From assembly GCF_036971445.1 (NCBI RefSeq), contig NC_091478.1, positions 93,806,001 to 93,870,000 of the forward strand: a DNA stretch of 64,000 bases, given 5' to 3'. Origin of the DNA: Narcine bancroftii. Lineage: Eukaryota. Shown one piece after another: positions 1 to 10,512 of this stretch. A program made the translations under genes and the position numbers. The first letter of the stretch is position 1, and each line of letters starts with the position of its first letter. The notes under the pieces are model-generated. The model ran no database searches, had not been told where the DNA came from, and saw only the letters and a program-made list of their open reading frames with translations.

Positions 1-153
1 GGACGGGGAAGTGGGGGGGTGAAAGGAGGCGGGGTGAACGGGACGGGGTGAACGGGACGGGGAAGTGGGGGGGGAGGAGGCGGGGAAGTGGGGGGGGTGA
101 AAGGAGGCGGGACGGGGAAGTGGGGGATGAACGGGACGGGGAAGTGGGTGGGG
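1..153. repeat. G-rich degenerate tandem repeat (GGACGGGGAAGTGGGGGGG... units) in VPS4A intron 1
   Basis: Recurrent ggacggggaagtgggg / gaacgggacgggg units; runs off the window start. Confidence 0.85.
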
Positions 154-159
154 AAAACG

Positions 160-1060
160 AGCCTGCGCCTCTCGCTCCGATCGCGTTACCTGGAGGGTGT
201 TGGGCCCTGACATCTCACATCTCCGGGCGCTGAGACCGTGGACGTCGGAGCAGACCGGACTCGTCCCCACGAACCGTCCACCGCAGCCTACTCGCTCGGG
301 TCGGCTTCAGCCTCACCTGTCCCCGGCTCGGCCCCGACAAAATGGCGGCGGGCGGAGCCACACCGTGACATCATTACAAAACAAGGAATCCGCAACAGAT
401 GACAGGCGACAAGAGTGGACGCCGGAGGGGGGGGAGGGGCGGAGCGGCAGCTCCACCAATCCTGTCGAAGCCTTGCGCCGCCATGGGCCGGCGCTGGTAT
501 TGCACGGGGGCCTCTCTTCGGCGCGTGTCCCGCGGCTCCGCTCGGTATGAAACCTCAAACTGAACTCATCGAGGGGCAAACAAGATGCCGGAGGCCAGCG
601 CTGCGTCGGCGAGGCTGCGGTCAAAGGATTCCCAGCGGCCTGCACAGTGCGGGAGGCTGGCCGAAGGGGTGCCGGAAGCTACCTGATCCTGTCAGAGGTG
701 CGCATCGGGAGTCGACACTCAGCCGGCCTGAGGGGCTTGCAAACTGCCTTGTCAAATGGGGTAAACCGGGCAAATTGCCGGGTTAGCGCCCCACTCACAG
801 GGCAGCTGGAAAGGGTCCGACCCGGTCAGCGTCGTCCAGTCAACCGGGTCCCTGCCCTTCCTCGGAAGGTAGCCCGGGAACCCAGTTGAACTGGCCCAGG
901 ATGCTCAACCGGCAACCTGGCGTCACCGGGAAACCCCGGCTGAACTGTCTGCGGTGATCCAGGGGAGAGAGTGGTCGCTGCCATGGCCGGGTGGGAGAGG
1001 GAGAGAGAGCGGGGGAGAGAGGACAGGGGTCGGCTGCCGTGGGGGGCGGGGGGACTGACT
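160..1060. promoter_or_regulatory. CpG-island promoter/5' UTR of VPS4A with YY1 motif (AAAATGGCGGC, ~339-349), GC boxes and a CCAAT (~456)
   Basis: High CpG density relative to flanks; motifs read directly. Confidence 0.7.
190..213 (-). CDS. VPS4A: VPS4A first coding exon (MSGPNTLQ); gene continues beyond window start
   Basis: Minus strand reads ATG TCA GGG CCC AAC ACC CTC CAG|GTAACG, a phase-0 donor. It resembles the short vertebrate VPS4 exon 1 (human VPS4A MTTSTLQ), lies in a CpG island, and sits downstream of SNTB2 as in human synteny. Only 8 codons are visible. Confidence 0.75.
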
Positions 1061-1229
1061 GGACTTCGTGCGGCTGGAGATGACTCTGAGGGGCAGGAAT
1101 GGGTGCTGGCCAGTTTTTGCTGAATCTTTGCCTTATGGTAGCCTAAATTAAATTTTCTGTAATATCACATTTTCTGTTTTATTACAATAAAATAATATTG
1201 AACCTTAAAAAGTGCTGGAGAAACTTACC

Positions 1230-2210
1230 TGTTCTTGGACACCTCTACTTAACCCTTAAACAGGACCCCAGCAAGAAACAGCAGGCCACTGTCTCTCACA
1301 CCATCATTTCCAGTAATATCCCTTACATTGCATATAACCATATTGTTTTCCAACCCAGCACTGCCCAGTCCTACCTCCTAATTAACCCATTGTCTCCGTA
1401 TGCCCCTGCCCCACCAAATGGGTATAATCATGCCTCAACTCTATTTTGTCCCCTTTGGTTCAATCCCTTCCTACCTGCACCTGGGGGACCTTATTCTCTC
1501 CATCATTTTAATAACTCAGTTCTCCGGGTTGGACTGCCATGGACGTCCAGTCCCTTTACACTTCCATTGTCTACGAGGAAGGCCTCTCTGCTTCTTCCTA
1601 GATAATATTCCTGACAAGTTCCCCATCACCACCACCCTCTTCTGCCCATTAGAACTTGTACTCACCCTCAATAACTTGTACTTTATCACATCCCACTTTT
1701 TCCAAATCAGAGGTGTCCCTGCTATGCCTGCTGACTTTCCATTGGAAAGCAATATATGCTACAAACTTTTCCTCCCCGACATCAACGACTACATTAGTCC
1801 TGCTTTCTGCACCCATGATGATTGTCAACTTTGCTGCCAACTCCACCATGATCTCAAATCATTTGGTTTATCTCTCTTAACTGTCTCTTCTTTCTTGATC
1901 TCTCCCTGCTTTCAGGAGACAAATTATATACACACATCTTTTATAAATCCACCAACTTCCACAGTTACCTTGACTACAGCTCTTCCCACCCCATCTCCCA
2001 CAAGGATTCTTGGATTTTTATCAGTTCCTCTGTCTCTGCCACATCTGCTCCCAGGATGAGGCTTTCCATTCCAGGACATCTGCAATGTCCTCTTTCTTCA
2101 GAAAACATGGCCAATATTTTCCATACATCTGAGCACCCCACCAGTTTCCACATCCAACATAACATACTCTGTAATTTCTACCATCTTTAACAGGATCCTA
2201 CCACCATCAT
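1230..2210 (+). mobile_element. Degenerate Penelope-like element, reverse transcriptase region
   Basis: Broken frames with PLE-like motifs: DIND in place of YIDD (~1778) and a YKPT-SHSYLDY-SSHP-like segment (~1941-1990). Confidence 0.7.
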
Positions 2211-3768
2211 TTTAATACTGAAACAGATCTTTTGTTTTTGGTGGTCTTAAAGGGGATCAAGATCAAGTTTTTCCCCCCACAGTGGATGGGTAAGTGGAAC
2301 AAGCTGCCAGATATATGAGGGTGGAATTACAACTTTTTAAAGGACATTTGCAACTGCTCTGCCTGAATTGTATTATGAACACAGCTCAGACACACAAATC
2401 AGCCACCCTTGCATCAACACCTCCCACTACGGAACTTCTCTTTCTCCTATTGTTAAGTGTGCCAGGTAATGGTCATAGTGACTCTTTGCCTTATGGCAGA
2501 CAAAATTTGAAGTATATTATGTACAATAAATTTTTAATTTATTAATACATGATAAAAAGGAACCTTTGAACGTCTTCACAGAGAGCGTGGCATCCCAACG
2601 TGGTTGCCAGCCAAATTGGTGAATGCGGGTTCAATTTTGAAATTTATGAAAAATTTGGCAGGTATATGAATGAGAGGGGCATGGAGGAATATGGTTGCAT
2701 GTCAATGGGCCTTGGTGGAATAATAGTTCTGCACAGACCAGAAGAGCCTTCATCTGTGCTGTAATGTTCCATGGTTCTATTCTACCTGATCACACTTTTC
2801 CCCCCCACTCCGGTCAGACTGAAGATACATTTGAAGACCAAGTCAAATCTGTAAGGTTTCTGAATGAACAATGAACCATTACTTTGTCTTTTTCTTGCCC
2901 TACTTTTATTTTATAATGAAGTTTATATAAATTTTTGCACCGTGATGCCGCAAAACAAACTTTGTGATATGTTCATGACAAATTCTGAATCTGATATTTT
3001 CTTCACCTCTGTAATGACTATTGAATTAGCCTTTCACAAAAAATGATCGACTTTGCACTGCTTTAACTGAACATTCTCTCTGTAGAACCATACCCTGCAC
3101 TTGTTTTATTTTGCATTACCTGTCATACTTGAGTATGGGTTGAATTGGCTGGATATATAATGTATGTATGCTAATAAACTCATCTTTATATCATGTAAAA
3201 GTTGTTCCACTACATCTTGATACATATGATGAAACAATTTGATGCCTCCACCTGAAGATGACTGGAAATTGTCAGAAGTAGTGCCATTTCCTCCTGTGCA
3301 GTCGCCAGTGATAGATTTTTTTTTTAACCAGGGCACGATGGTTTATCCACTTTGAATGTTTCTCCTTTATATCCTTCTTGCTCTTTACTTAATTAAAGAT
3401 CTCTCAATTTTATTTGCCAATGTTTTATGTCAGTTTTGCATTGCTTTCTAAATGTTACTTGTTACTGATATCCAGATGTCAGTGCAGCGATGGGTATGAC
3501 ACAAGAAGAATATGAGTTAAATGGAAATCAGTAACAAGTGTCTTCACTGTTTCATCCTGAATCAACATCCTGGTTGGTTTAAGTTTTGGACCCCATTTTA
3601 TCACATTGGTAGCATTTGTGTTCTGAACTTTTTTCACCTCCGCTGTGAATGGCTCCCATAGCTCTAACACCAACTGCAGTCTACCTTTTCCTGAATCTTG
3701 GCTCTGCTCAGTGAAAGTAGCCTCAACTTTTCCTATTTGTTTTAACACCAAATCTAACTGTTTCCTCC

Positions 3769-3769
<1 letters not shown>

Positions 3770-3814
<45 letters not shown>
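3770..3814. repeat. Poly-C homopolymer (~45 nt)
   Basis: Uninterrupted C run. Confidence 0.95.
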
Positions 3815-3924
3815 ACCCATATCTTCCTCCTCCCAATGTCAGGTTGCAGTGGTGGCCACTACATCACACACTTGTCTCAGTCATCTGAGAAATACAAAAT
3901 AAACATGCTGGTATCTTGAACAAA

Positions 3925-4087
3925 CAATGAGAAACTGGAAAATAACTCAGTGGGTAAGGCAGCATCCTTAACTGGTCAATGTTTTGGTTCGGTACTTTTG
4001 ATCGATACACAATAAAGGGCCCCAACAGAAAACATTGACAGACCATGAACATAGCATGACCTTCTAAGTTCTTCCAGTTTCTCATTG
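3925..4087. repeat. ~160-bp hairpin element, probably head-to-head Penelope terminal repeats
   Basis: Perfect 16-bp IR (caatgagaaactggaa 3925-3940 / ttccagtttctcattg 4072-4087) and inner 11-bp IR (3975-3985 / 4029-4039). Confidence 0.7.
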
Positions 4088-5180
4088 CTTTACTTCATTA
4101 CCTGAACTTGTATCTTTAACATTGAATATTTGTTGCCTTTTTCCCCTCAACTATTACTTTTTAAAACATCAGTTCCTATTACCCACAAACTTGTTAAAAT
4201 ATCACCCATTGTCAATACATCCAATGGTGATTGGTGCCTTCACTCTCACACCCATGTTCCATTTGATATGCAATAGAAACAAAGTACTCTTACGTCTTCA
4301 ACCAGCTTTCTGGGATCTCAGCTGCACCTTACTGTAATCAAAAGAAAACATTCTACAAGCCGGAAGAAAAATCAAAGCATAAAATGGATAATTTATTTCT
4401 ATACATGTGATGTACAAAGTAATAACACTGGGGATCCAGTGCGGATACAATCTTGTGTCTCAATTTTAGGATGATGACACCCAAGGATGGGTCTAATAAT
4501 CTTCCCACTCATTTAACTTTGGTATCACAATGCAACATTTTAGCACAAGACAAAGACAGTTAGAAAAATAGAATTTTCTTGGCAATTAGAGATCAGTAAC
4601 AATTTAATCAAACACAAGGGCTGCTAAAAGTCAATGCTGTTCTTGTGCCTTCAGTGACAGCACCTTTCTCCAAGGCAGTTCACTACCTCTGAAAATATTT
4701 GTGGCATTTCTTTACAGAAGAGGGTTTTGTACAAATATAACAAAGTAGCAATGCTGTCATACCATTTACCAGCCTATGGGCAGTGTTCACATTCACTACC
4801 TGCACCAGTTTAGTAATTTATGCTAAACATTACCATTAGAGGCAATATTTTTTGTATCATAACCCTTGATTTACCTGGTCAAGATGGCTAGCTTGGGACA
4901 GAATTTGGATTTCCAAAGTACTCATTAAGATGCCACACAAAACTGCTGCTGAAAGCAAGAGTTCTTGGTCCTGGACTAGTGTACGAGAATGCATAGGCAA
5001 AGAGAAAAGAGGCAGGTTAATTAATTGATAAATCAGATTGGTAAATTGTAACCAATGGTTTCAATAATCTAGGCAAAGAATCTGGATGTAACCAAATTTC
5101 CTGACTACACAAGGAAGTGAAAAAGTTTCAGGAACCATCTTCCAAGTCGAGTCAAGAGTTCTATAGCACAGAAACGAGCC

Positions 5181-5268
5181 CTTGGCCCAACTTCACACCA
5201 ACCAACCTAGTCTCATTGGCCTTGCTTGGCCCAACTTCACACCAACCAACCTAGTCTCATTGGCCTTG
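5181..5268. repeat. Exact 44-bp tandem duplication inside a CR1 3' end
   Basis: cttggcccaacttcacaccaaccaacctagtctcattggccttg occurs twice in tandem. Confidence 0.9.
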
Positions 5269-5502
5269 ATTGGCCCATATCTCTTTAAACCTTTCCTATC
5301 CACTTATCTTTTTAAATGTTTTTCAAATTGTCCTCACTTCTATCATTTCCTCTGGCAACTCATTCCATATATCCACCAGCCTGTGCAGCCCTCAGGTCCT
5401 TTTTTTAAAAACTCTGTCCCCTCGTTTTAGATTTCCCCATAACTATTTACCTTAACCATTCCTTTCATAATTTTATAATAGAATAACTTCATAATAGAAA
5501 CC

Positions 5503-5611
5503 CAGTAGCCTGAATATGCCTGAGATTGTCTGATCTCAGAAGCGAAGCAATCTCAGACCTAGTCATTACTTGGAGAGGAGACTGCCAAGGAACACCAGGT
5601 CCTGTAGGTTT
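5503..5611 (+). pseudogene. 5S rRNA-derived sequence (5'-truncated, diverged); pseudogene or SINE3 head
   Basis: Colinear with vertebrate 5S: cctgaatatgcc...gtctgatctcagaagcgaagca...tacttggagaggagactgcc..ggaacaccaggtcctgtaggttt. Many substitutions, several at CpGs; single copy. Confidence 0.85.
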
Positions 5612-5774
5612 CTGTTAGGGGCAGTAGACAAAAGTTAAAGAATTTCATGTATGTTACATTCTAAATGTAGTGTTATGTGACAATAATGGAACCTTTACAT
5701 ATCTGCAAGCTCATTGCTGTTCCTCCTATGCATTTGGGAATAAAGTCCCAGTGTTTGTAATCCAGAGTCCCTTT

Positions 5775-6550
5775 TAAGATGAGTTTAATCTAGATAAGTG
5801 TGAGGTGTTACACTTTAGGAGGTCAAATGAAAGGGGAATATCTACTTAATGGGAGAGGTTGCTGTGTAGAAGGATCTGGGGGTTAAAGTCCAAAGATCCT
5901 TGAATGTAGCCAAGTAGACAGGGTAGATAAGTAAGGAAAACGGTTGGTGTGCTTGACCTCTTTGGATGGGACATTATAAAAGTAAGGAAGTCATCTTGCA
6001 GTCATACAAAACTTTGGATTGGCCACACTTGGAACATTGTATGGAATATAGTCTGCAATTCTTGTCGTCCCATTATGGAAAGGATGTGGAGACTTTGGAA
6101 AGGATACAGAAGAGGATTACCAGGATATTGCTTGGTTTAGCAGATCTGAGTTATGGAGAGAGGTTAGGTTGTTTTCTCTGGAGCATAGGAGGCTGAGGGA
6201 AAACCTGGTAGATATACAAAACCATGAGGGCCCTTGATAGATTGGAGTCAGAATCTTTTCCCCATAGCAAAAGCATATAAATAGGACATGGAATTATGGT
6301 GAGGGGGAGAAGTTTAAGGGAGATGTGCAGGGCAATTTTTAAAAAATGGATATGGAGACTGGTGGGTGCCTCGAGCAGGCTGCCAGGGATAGTGGTGGAA
6401 GCAGATACAATAGTATCATTTGAAAGGGCTTTAGACAGATATGAATATGAAAGGAATGGAGAGATGTGCACAAGAGAATTTGAATCTTATATCATGTTCA
6501 GAACAGACGTATGGGCCAAAGAGCCTATTCTGGTGCTGTTCTGCTCTATG
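5775..6550 (+). mobile_element. CR1 LINE 3' fragment
   Basis: Motifs LDKCEVLHF and YKTL-PHLE-C-QF-S-HY-KDVETLERIQKRITR, followed by a CR1-type 3' UTR. Confidence 0.85.
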
Positions 6551-8412
6551 CAGTCTCTCGTTATGATTCAAACCTACCAGTCCCAGCAATATTTTCATGA
6601 ATCTTTTCTGCACCTCTGCCAGCTTAAGGCCCATTTGATCAATGGGAAAGGTAATGGAAGGACGTGGATGCAGCCAAGGCCAGTGACGGAGCAGGGTGAA
6701 CGGACCGGGCCGGGGAGTGCCAGCAACAGGGCAGGGCGAATGTGCCGAGCTGGGGTTTGGGGGGGCACTGGGCCAGGAGGACTCCTGCTTATTCCTTACA
6801 ATCTTACCTAAGCCTCATGTCAGCAAGGCTGAATAATTATCCCAGGGACAAGGAACACTCTATTAATTGCCCAAGGGCAAATCGAAACGTCAGAGTTAGG
6901 GAGGCAGATAGGGCAGCGGAGTAGAATGCTCATCCTGTAGGATGTGGGAATTCATGGAATCTTATGGTTTCCCTGATGATACATCTGTGTGAAATGCAGC
7001 CATCTCCAGTTCTTGAAAGACCACATTAAGAACTGGAGCTGGAGTTGGATGTTCCGGGAGGCTGAGCCAGACTTTTGTGCAGATGGTTGCACTCAAGAGT
7101 GCAAAATTCAGCCAGTAGAAGGGTGAACACAGAGAGAGGAAAGGTGAAAAAAAAGCAAGTCCTGGGTCACCTATGGCCATTCCCCTCAGCAACAAGTATA
7201 CCCCTTTGTATATGGCTGAGCTGGAAAGGCAGCAGCCAGATCATTAGCTCTGAAAGAAAGGGTGTAATCAGGCAATGAGATAGTCATAAGGGACTTGCTA
7301 GTTGAGGGAACAGAGATCCCAGGAGTTTGTGCCTCCCGAGTGCTCAGATCCAAGATATTTCTGAGTGGTTGCAGAAAGTCCTATACAAATCTCTGAGCAA
7401 CCTCAGTGAAATAAGGCTGCAAAAATGACATTGGTCATAAAGCATAGAAACAGGACCTTCAGCCATTACCTATGCTGACCATTAACCAACCTTCACACAA
7501 ATCCTAACTCATCCCTCTTCTCTCCCTTTATTGCCATCAACTTCGCCCACATTCTTCCACTCACCTTCACGAGTAGGGAAATAACTGATGATTGGAAATA
7601 GAGCACCCGGAGGACACATACAGCTACATGGAGAAGGTGTAAATGCCACAGAGGTCAGGATTGAATTTTTGGAGCTGTGAGCCAGCAACTCTATCCTTTG
7701 TGCCATCATGCCGACTGATTTGTGAGAGTAAGGATATCTGGGTTTATTTGACCATCAATGTTATTCAATGCTTCAACATTCTGTTTTAGAAAGAAACAGA
7801 AGTGAATGACTCAATATTTTTCCACATTACATTGTGTCTGCATATCCTCGCCCATTCACTCACTTGGTCCAGATCCTCTTGAAGCCAATCTACAAGCCCC
7901 CTCCTAGCCACAATCCCAGCTGGGCTGGTTAAATGAGGGACAAGTTATAGAGGTGAGAGACAGATAATTTGGCAACAAGTAATCGAACTACTTGGAGCCA
8001 TTAGGGAAGCGGTCAATCACACCAGTCAAGTCAGGGGCTGGTGCATAAAGTGCAAGCAGTGTAGTGTTAATCAGGCAACAAACCAGATAGGGTCTGTGCA
8101 AAGTGATCAAGAAAGAGAAGGGGCTCACTTTAATCTTTAGGGAATCTGAAATTACAGGAGATAATAGATTAATTTTGCCAGAATCACATCACAATTAAGA
8201 ATTCATCAGATTTCATTAGAGATGTCTGAATTTAAATTGGGCTCAAATATAAATAATGAAATATAGCACCAGATCCACAGTAACTTTCAAGTTTTATGCT
8301 CAACTTATTCATCCCACATTCAGGATTAGGCTACACTTATATCCTCCAATCACAGTTTACCCATATATTGGGCCATAAAATCATAATAAGAGTGGAATAG
8401 TTGGCAGAGAGA

Positions 8413-8600
8413 GGGGCTGCACAGTTGGCGTAGTGGTTGGTGTAACGCCTTTACAGCACCGGCGATCAGGACCGGGTTCAAATCCCACAGTGTCTACAAG
8501 GAGTTTGTACACTCTCCGCACGTCTGCGTGGGTTTTCTCCGGGGGTCCAGTTTCATCCCACCACTCAAAATGTACTGGGGGTGTAGTTTATGGAGGTGCA
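8413..8600 (+). mobile_element. tRNA-derived SINE (V-SINE/HE1-like)
   Basis: A box TGGCGTAGTGG and B box GGTTCAAATCC, then V-domain-like ggagtttgtac..tctcc...gtctgcgtgggttttctccggg. Related minus-strand pieces at ~7590-7710, ~29320-29530 and ~53380-53500. Confidence 0.75.
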
Positions 8601-10419
8601 ATAAAGAGGAAGAGGAATGCTCAGAAACACCCACTAAATACCAGAAAAAATGATCTTTTCCTGGACCATCTTATAATTTAGTTGCTGAGCTAATATCCTC
8701 TCCCTCTCAAAAAAATATGGGTATCCACAAACCCACTGTCCACATCACCCCATCCCAAGATCATATTCAGGTATTACTGCTAACCTGCCAACTAGCTCTG
8801 GTGGGCTAGAAGATTTAGAAAGTCCTGCAATTAATTTCCTAGCCCGGTAAACTATAACATTCTTTGCCTTTCCTTTAAACTAGCTCAACCAAATGGTCCG
8901 AGATGCAGCCAGGATCAATCTAAGAGAAACAAACAAAACTAAAGCACAGGAACAGGCTCTTCAGCCAACTTATTCCAGCTAAGCCTATCTCCATCTGTTT
9001 GGCCCACTTTCCTCCAAACCTCTCCTATCCATGTACCCGTGTTACAATTCTACCCACCTCTACCATTTCCACTGGTTGCTTGTTCCATATATCCACCACC
9101 CTTTTGTGCAAAGGTGTCCCCAGGATCCTTTCAAATCTTTAAACTTTAAAGATCTCTTTAAACTTCTGCCCACTCCTCTGAAGAAGAGACTAACCAATAG
9201 CTTATTAATTATGATTTTATAAAGCTCTAGAAAACCCCCGTCAACCTCCATCAATCTAGAGAAAACAGATTTTCCAATCTCTCCTTATGACTCAAGTTTT
9301 CCAGTCCTGGCAACATTCTTGCAAATGTTGAGCACCCTCTCTTGCTCCATCACATCCTTACTGTAGTGTCATGATCACCAATAGGGAGGTGGTGAAGCCC
9401 TTCATTGGAATGAGGAAAGGAGAAGTTACATTGGGATGTCAGTGAGAGCTGGACAGTCTGAATACTGGAGGAAACGCCTCACACAAGCTTTCACCTCCAG
9501 CTCTGAGATGATCACTAACCTCACCACCTCTCACCATGACCTGTCCAGGGGAAATCTCATTCCCTTCTCCACAAAGAAAGAATTCTGGGGCAGAGACTAG
9601 TGCCAGTCCCTCCATTCCACTATCACACCATCAATGTCAGTATTTTCCCACATGTTGACATCATTACACAGTGAACAGACCACCTCAACACCAGGATCCC
9701 ACCATGCCTGACCCCATGGGTCACCTCCTCCCTCACCACTACACCCGGCCCCACGGGTCACCGCCACCTCCACCACGCCCAGCCCCACAGGTCACCAATC
9801 CCACAGATATGAGACTGTGAAAACCTAAACCAGGAATATCATATACTAATGGCAAAGGAATACTGACACCATTAAGAAAGGGGCTGCATTTGGACATCTG
9901 TGCTTCCTAACACAAAAAAAAATCAAAGCTTTGTAATTCACACATCTTCCTGCTCTATAACAGTGCAGAGCTAACATTCTGGCAGGCAGAACAATTCAGG
10001 CTGATGCATCATTACAAAGGACCCAAATTAAAGTGACAGCAGTTTTCAAGATGGCATTGCAAAGCGCCAATTGGAAAGCGCCAATCACCGGATAACACCA
10101 GAGCAGCTCACATAAGAGTGGAAAACTTAGAAAAATTACAAAACTGTGTATCCAAAGTTAAAACAACTGTCTATACATCAATAAGCTTATTGTGCAATTA
10201 TATGAATGCAGTTATTCCATATTAAAAGGCACGTTTGGTAACAATCAGAAACATCTACAGGTTTGCATGTGACGACTGAGGCTTGAGATTTCTCCATACA
10301 CGAGGTGAGGATCTTCCACCCACCATTCTCTCTACTTTTGTAGTTTTCCTTCCCCGAGAAAGACCAAAATTTTTTTTTGCTCAGTTGATGCTGATACAGA
10401 GGTTTCATCAGGCAATCCT

Positions 10420-10512
10420 TCAAACTAAGAGCCCCATCCGGGTCACCTTAGCCAAAAGAAATGAGTGAATCACAAAGACTGCAGGCTTTGGGCATGAGTG
10501 CAAGTCCAGGGC
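10420..10512 (-). CDS. SNTB2: SNTB2 exon 7 ([30 protein letters not shown])
   Basis: Acceptor tttctctccag; TGA at 10422-10420. Confidence 0.95.
   Translation of the reverse strand, partial: ALDLHSCPKPAVFVIHSFLLAKVTRMGLLV

Noticed and set aside
730-960. GC-rich block with short palindromes (cagttgaactg), possible MITE
   Set aside because: I could not define TIRs or a TSD.
1198-2059. 135-aa and 219-aa ORFs as host genes
   Set aside because: They are off-frame readings of a decayed Penelope RT.
3240-3540. Short exon-like plus-strand stretches (MPPPEDDWKLSEVV; DVSAAMGMTQEEYELNGNQ*)
   Set aside because: No recognisable homology and no consistent splice chain.
5503-5611. Functional 5S rRNA gene
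   Set aside because: The 5' end is missing, there are many substitutions, and it is a single copy embedded in a LINE.
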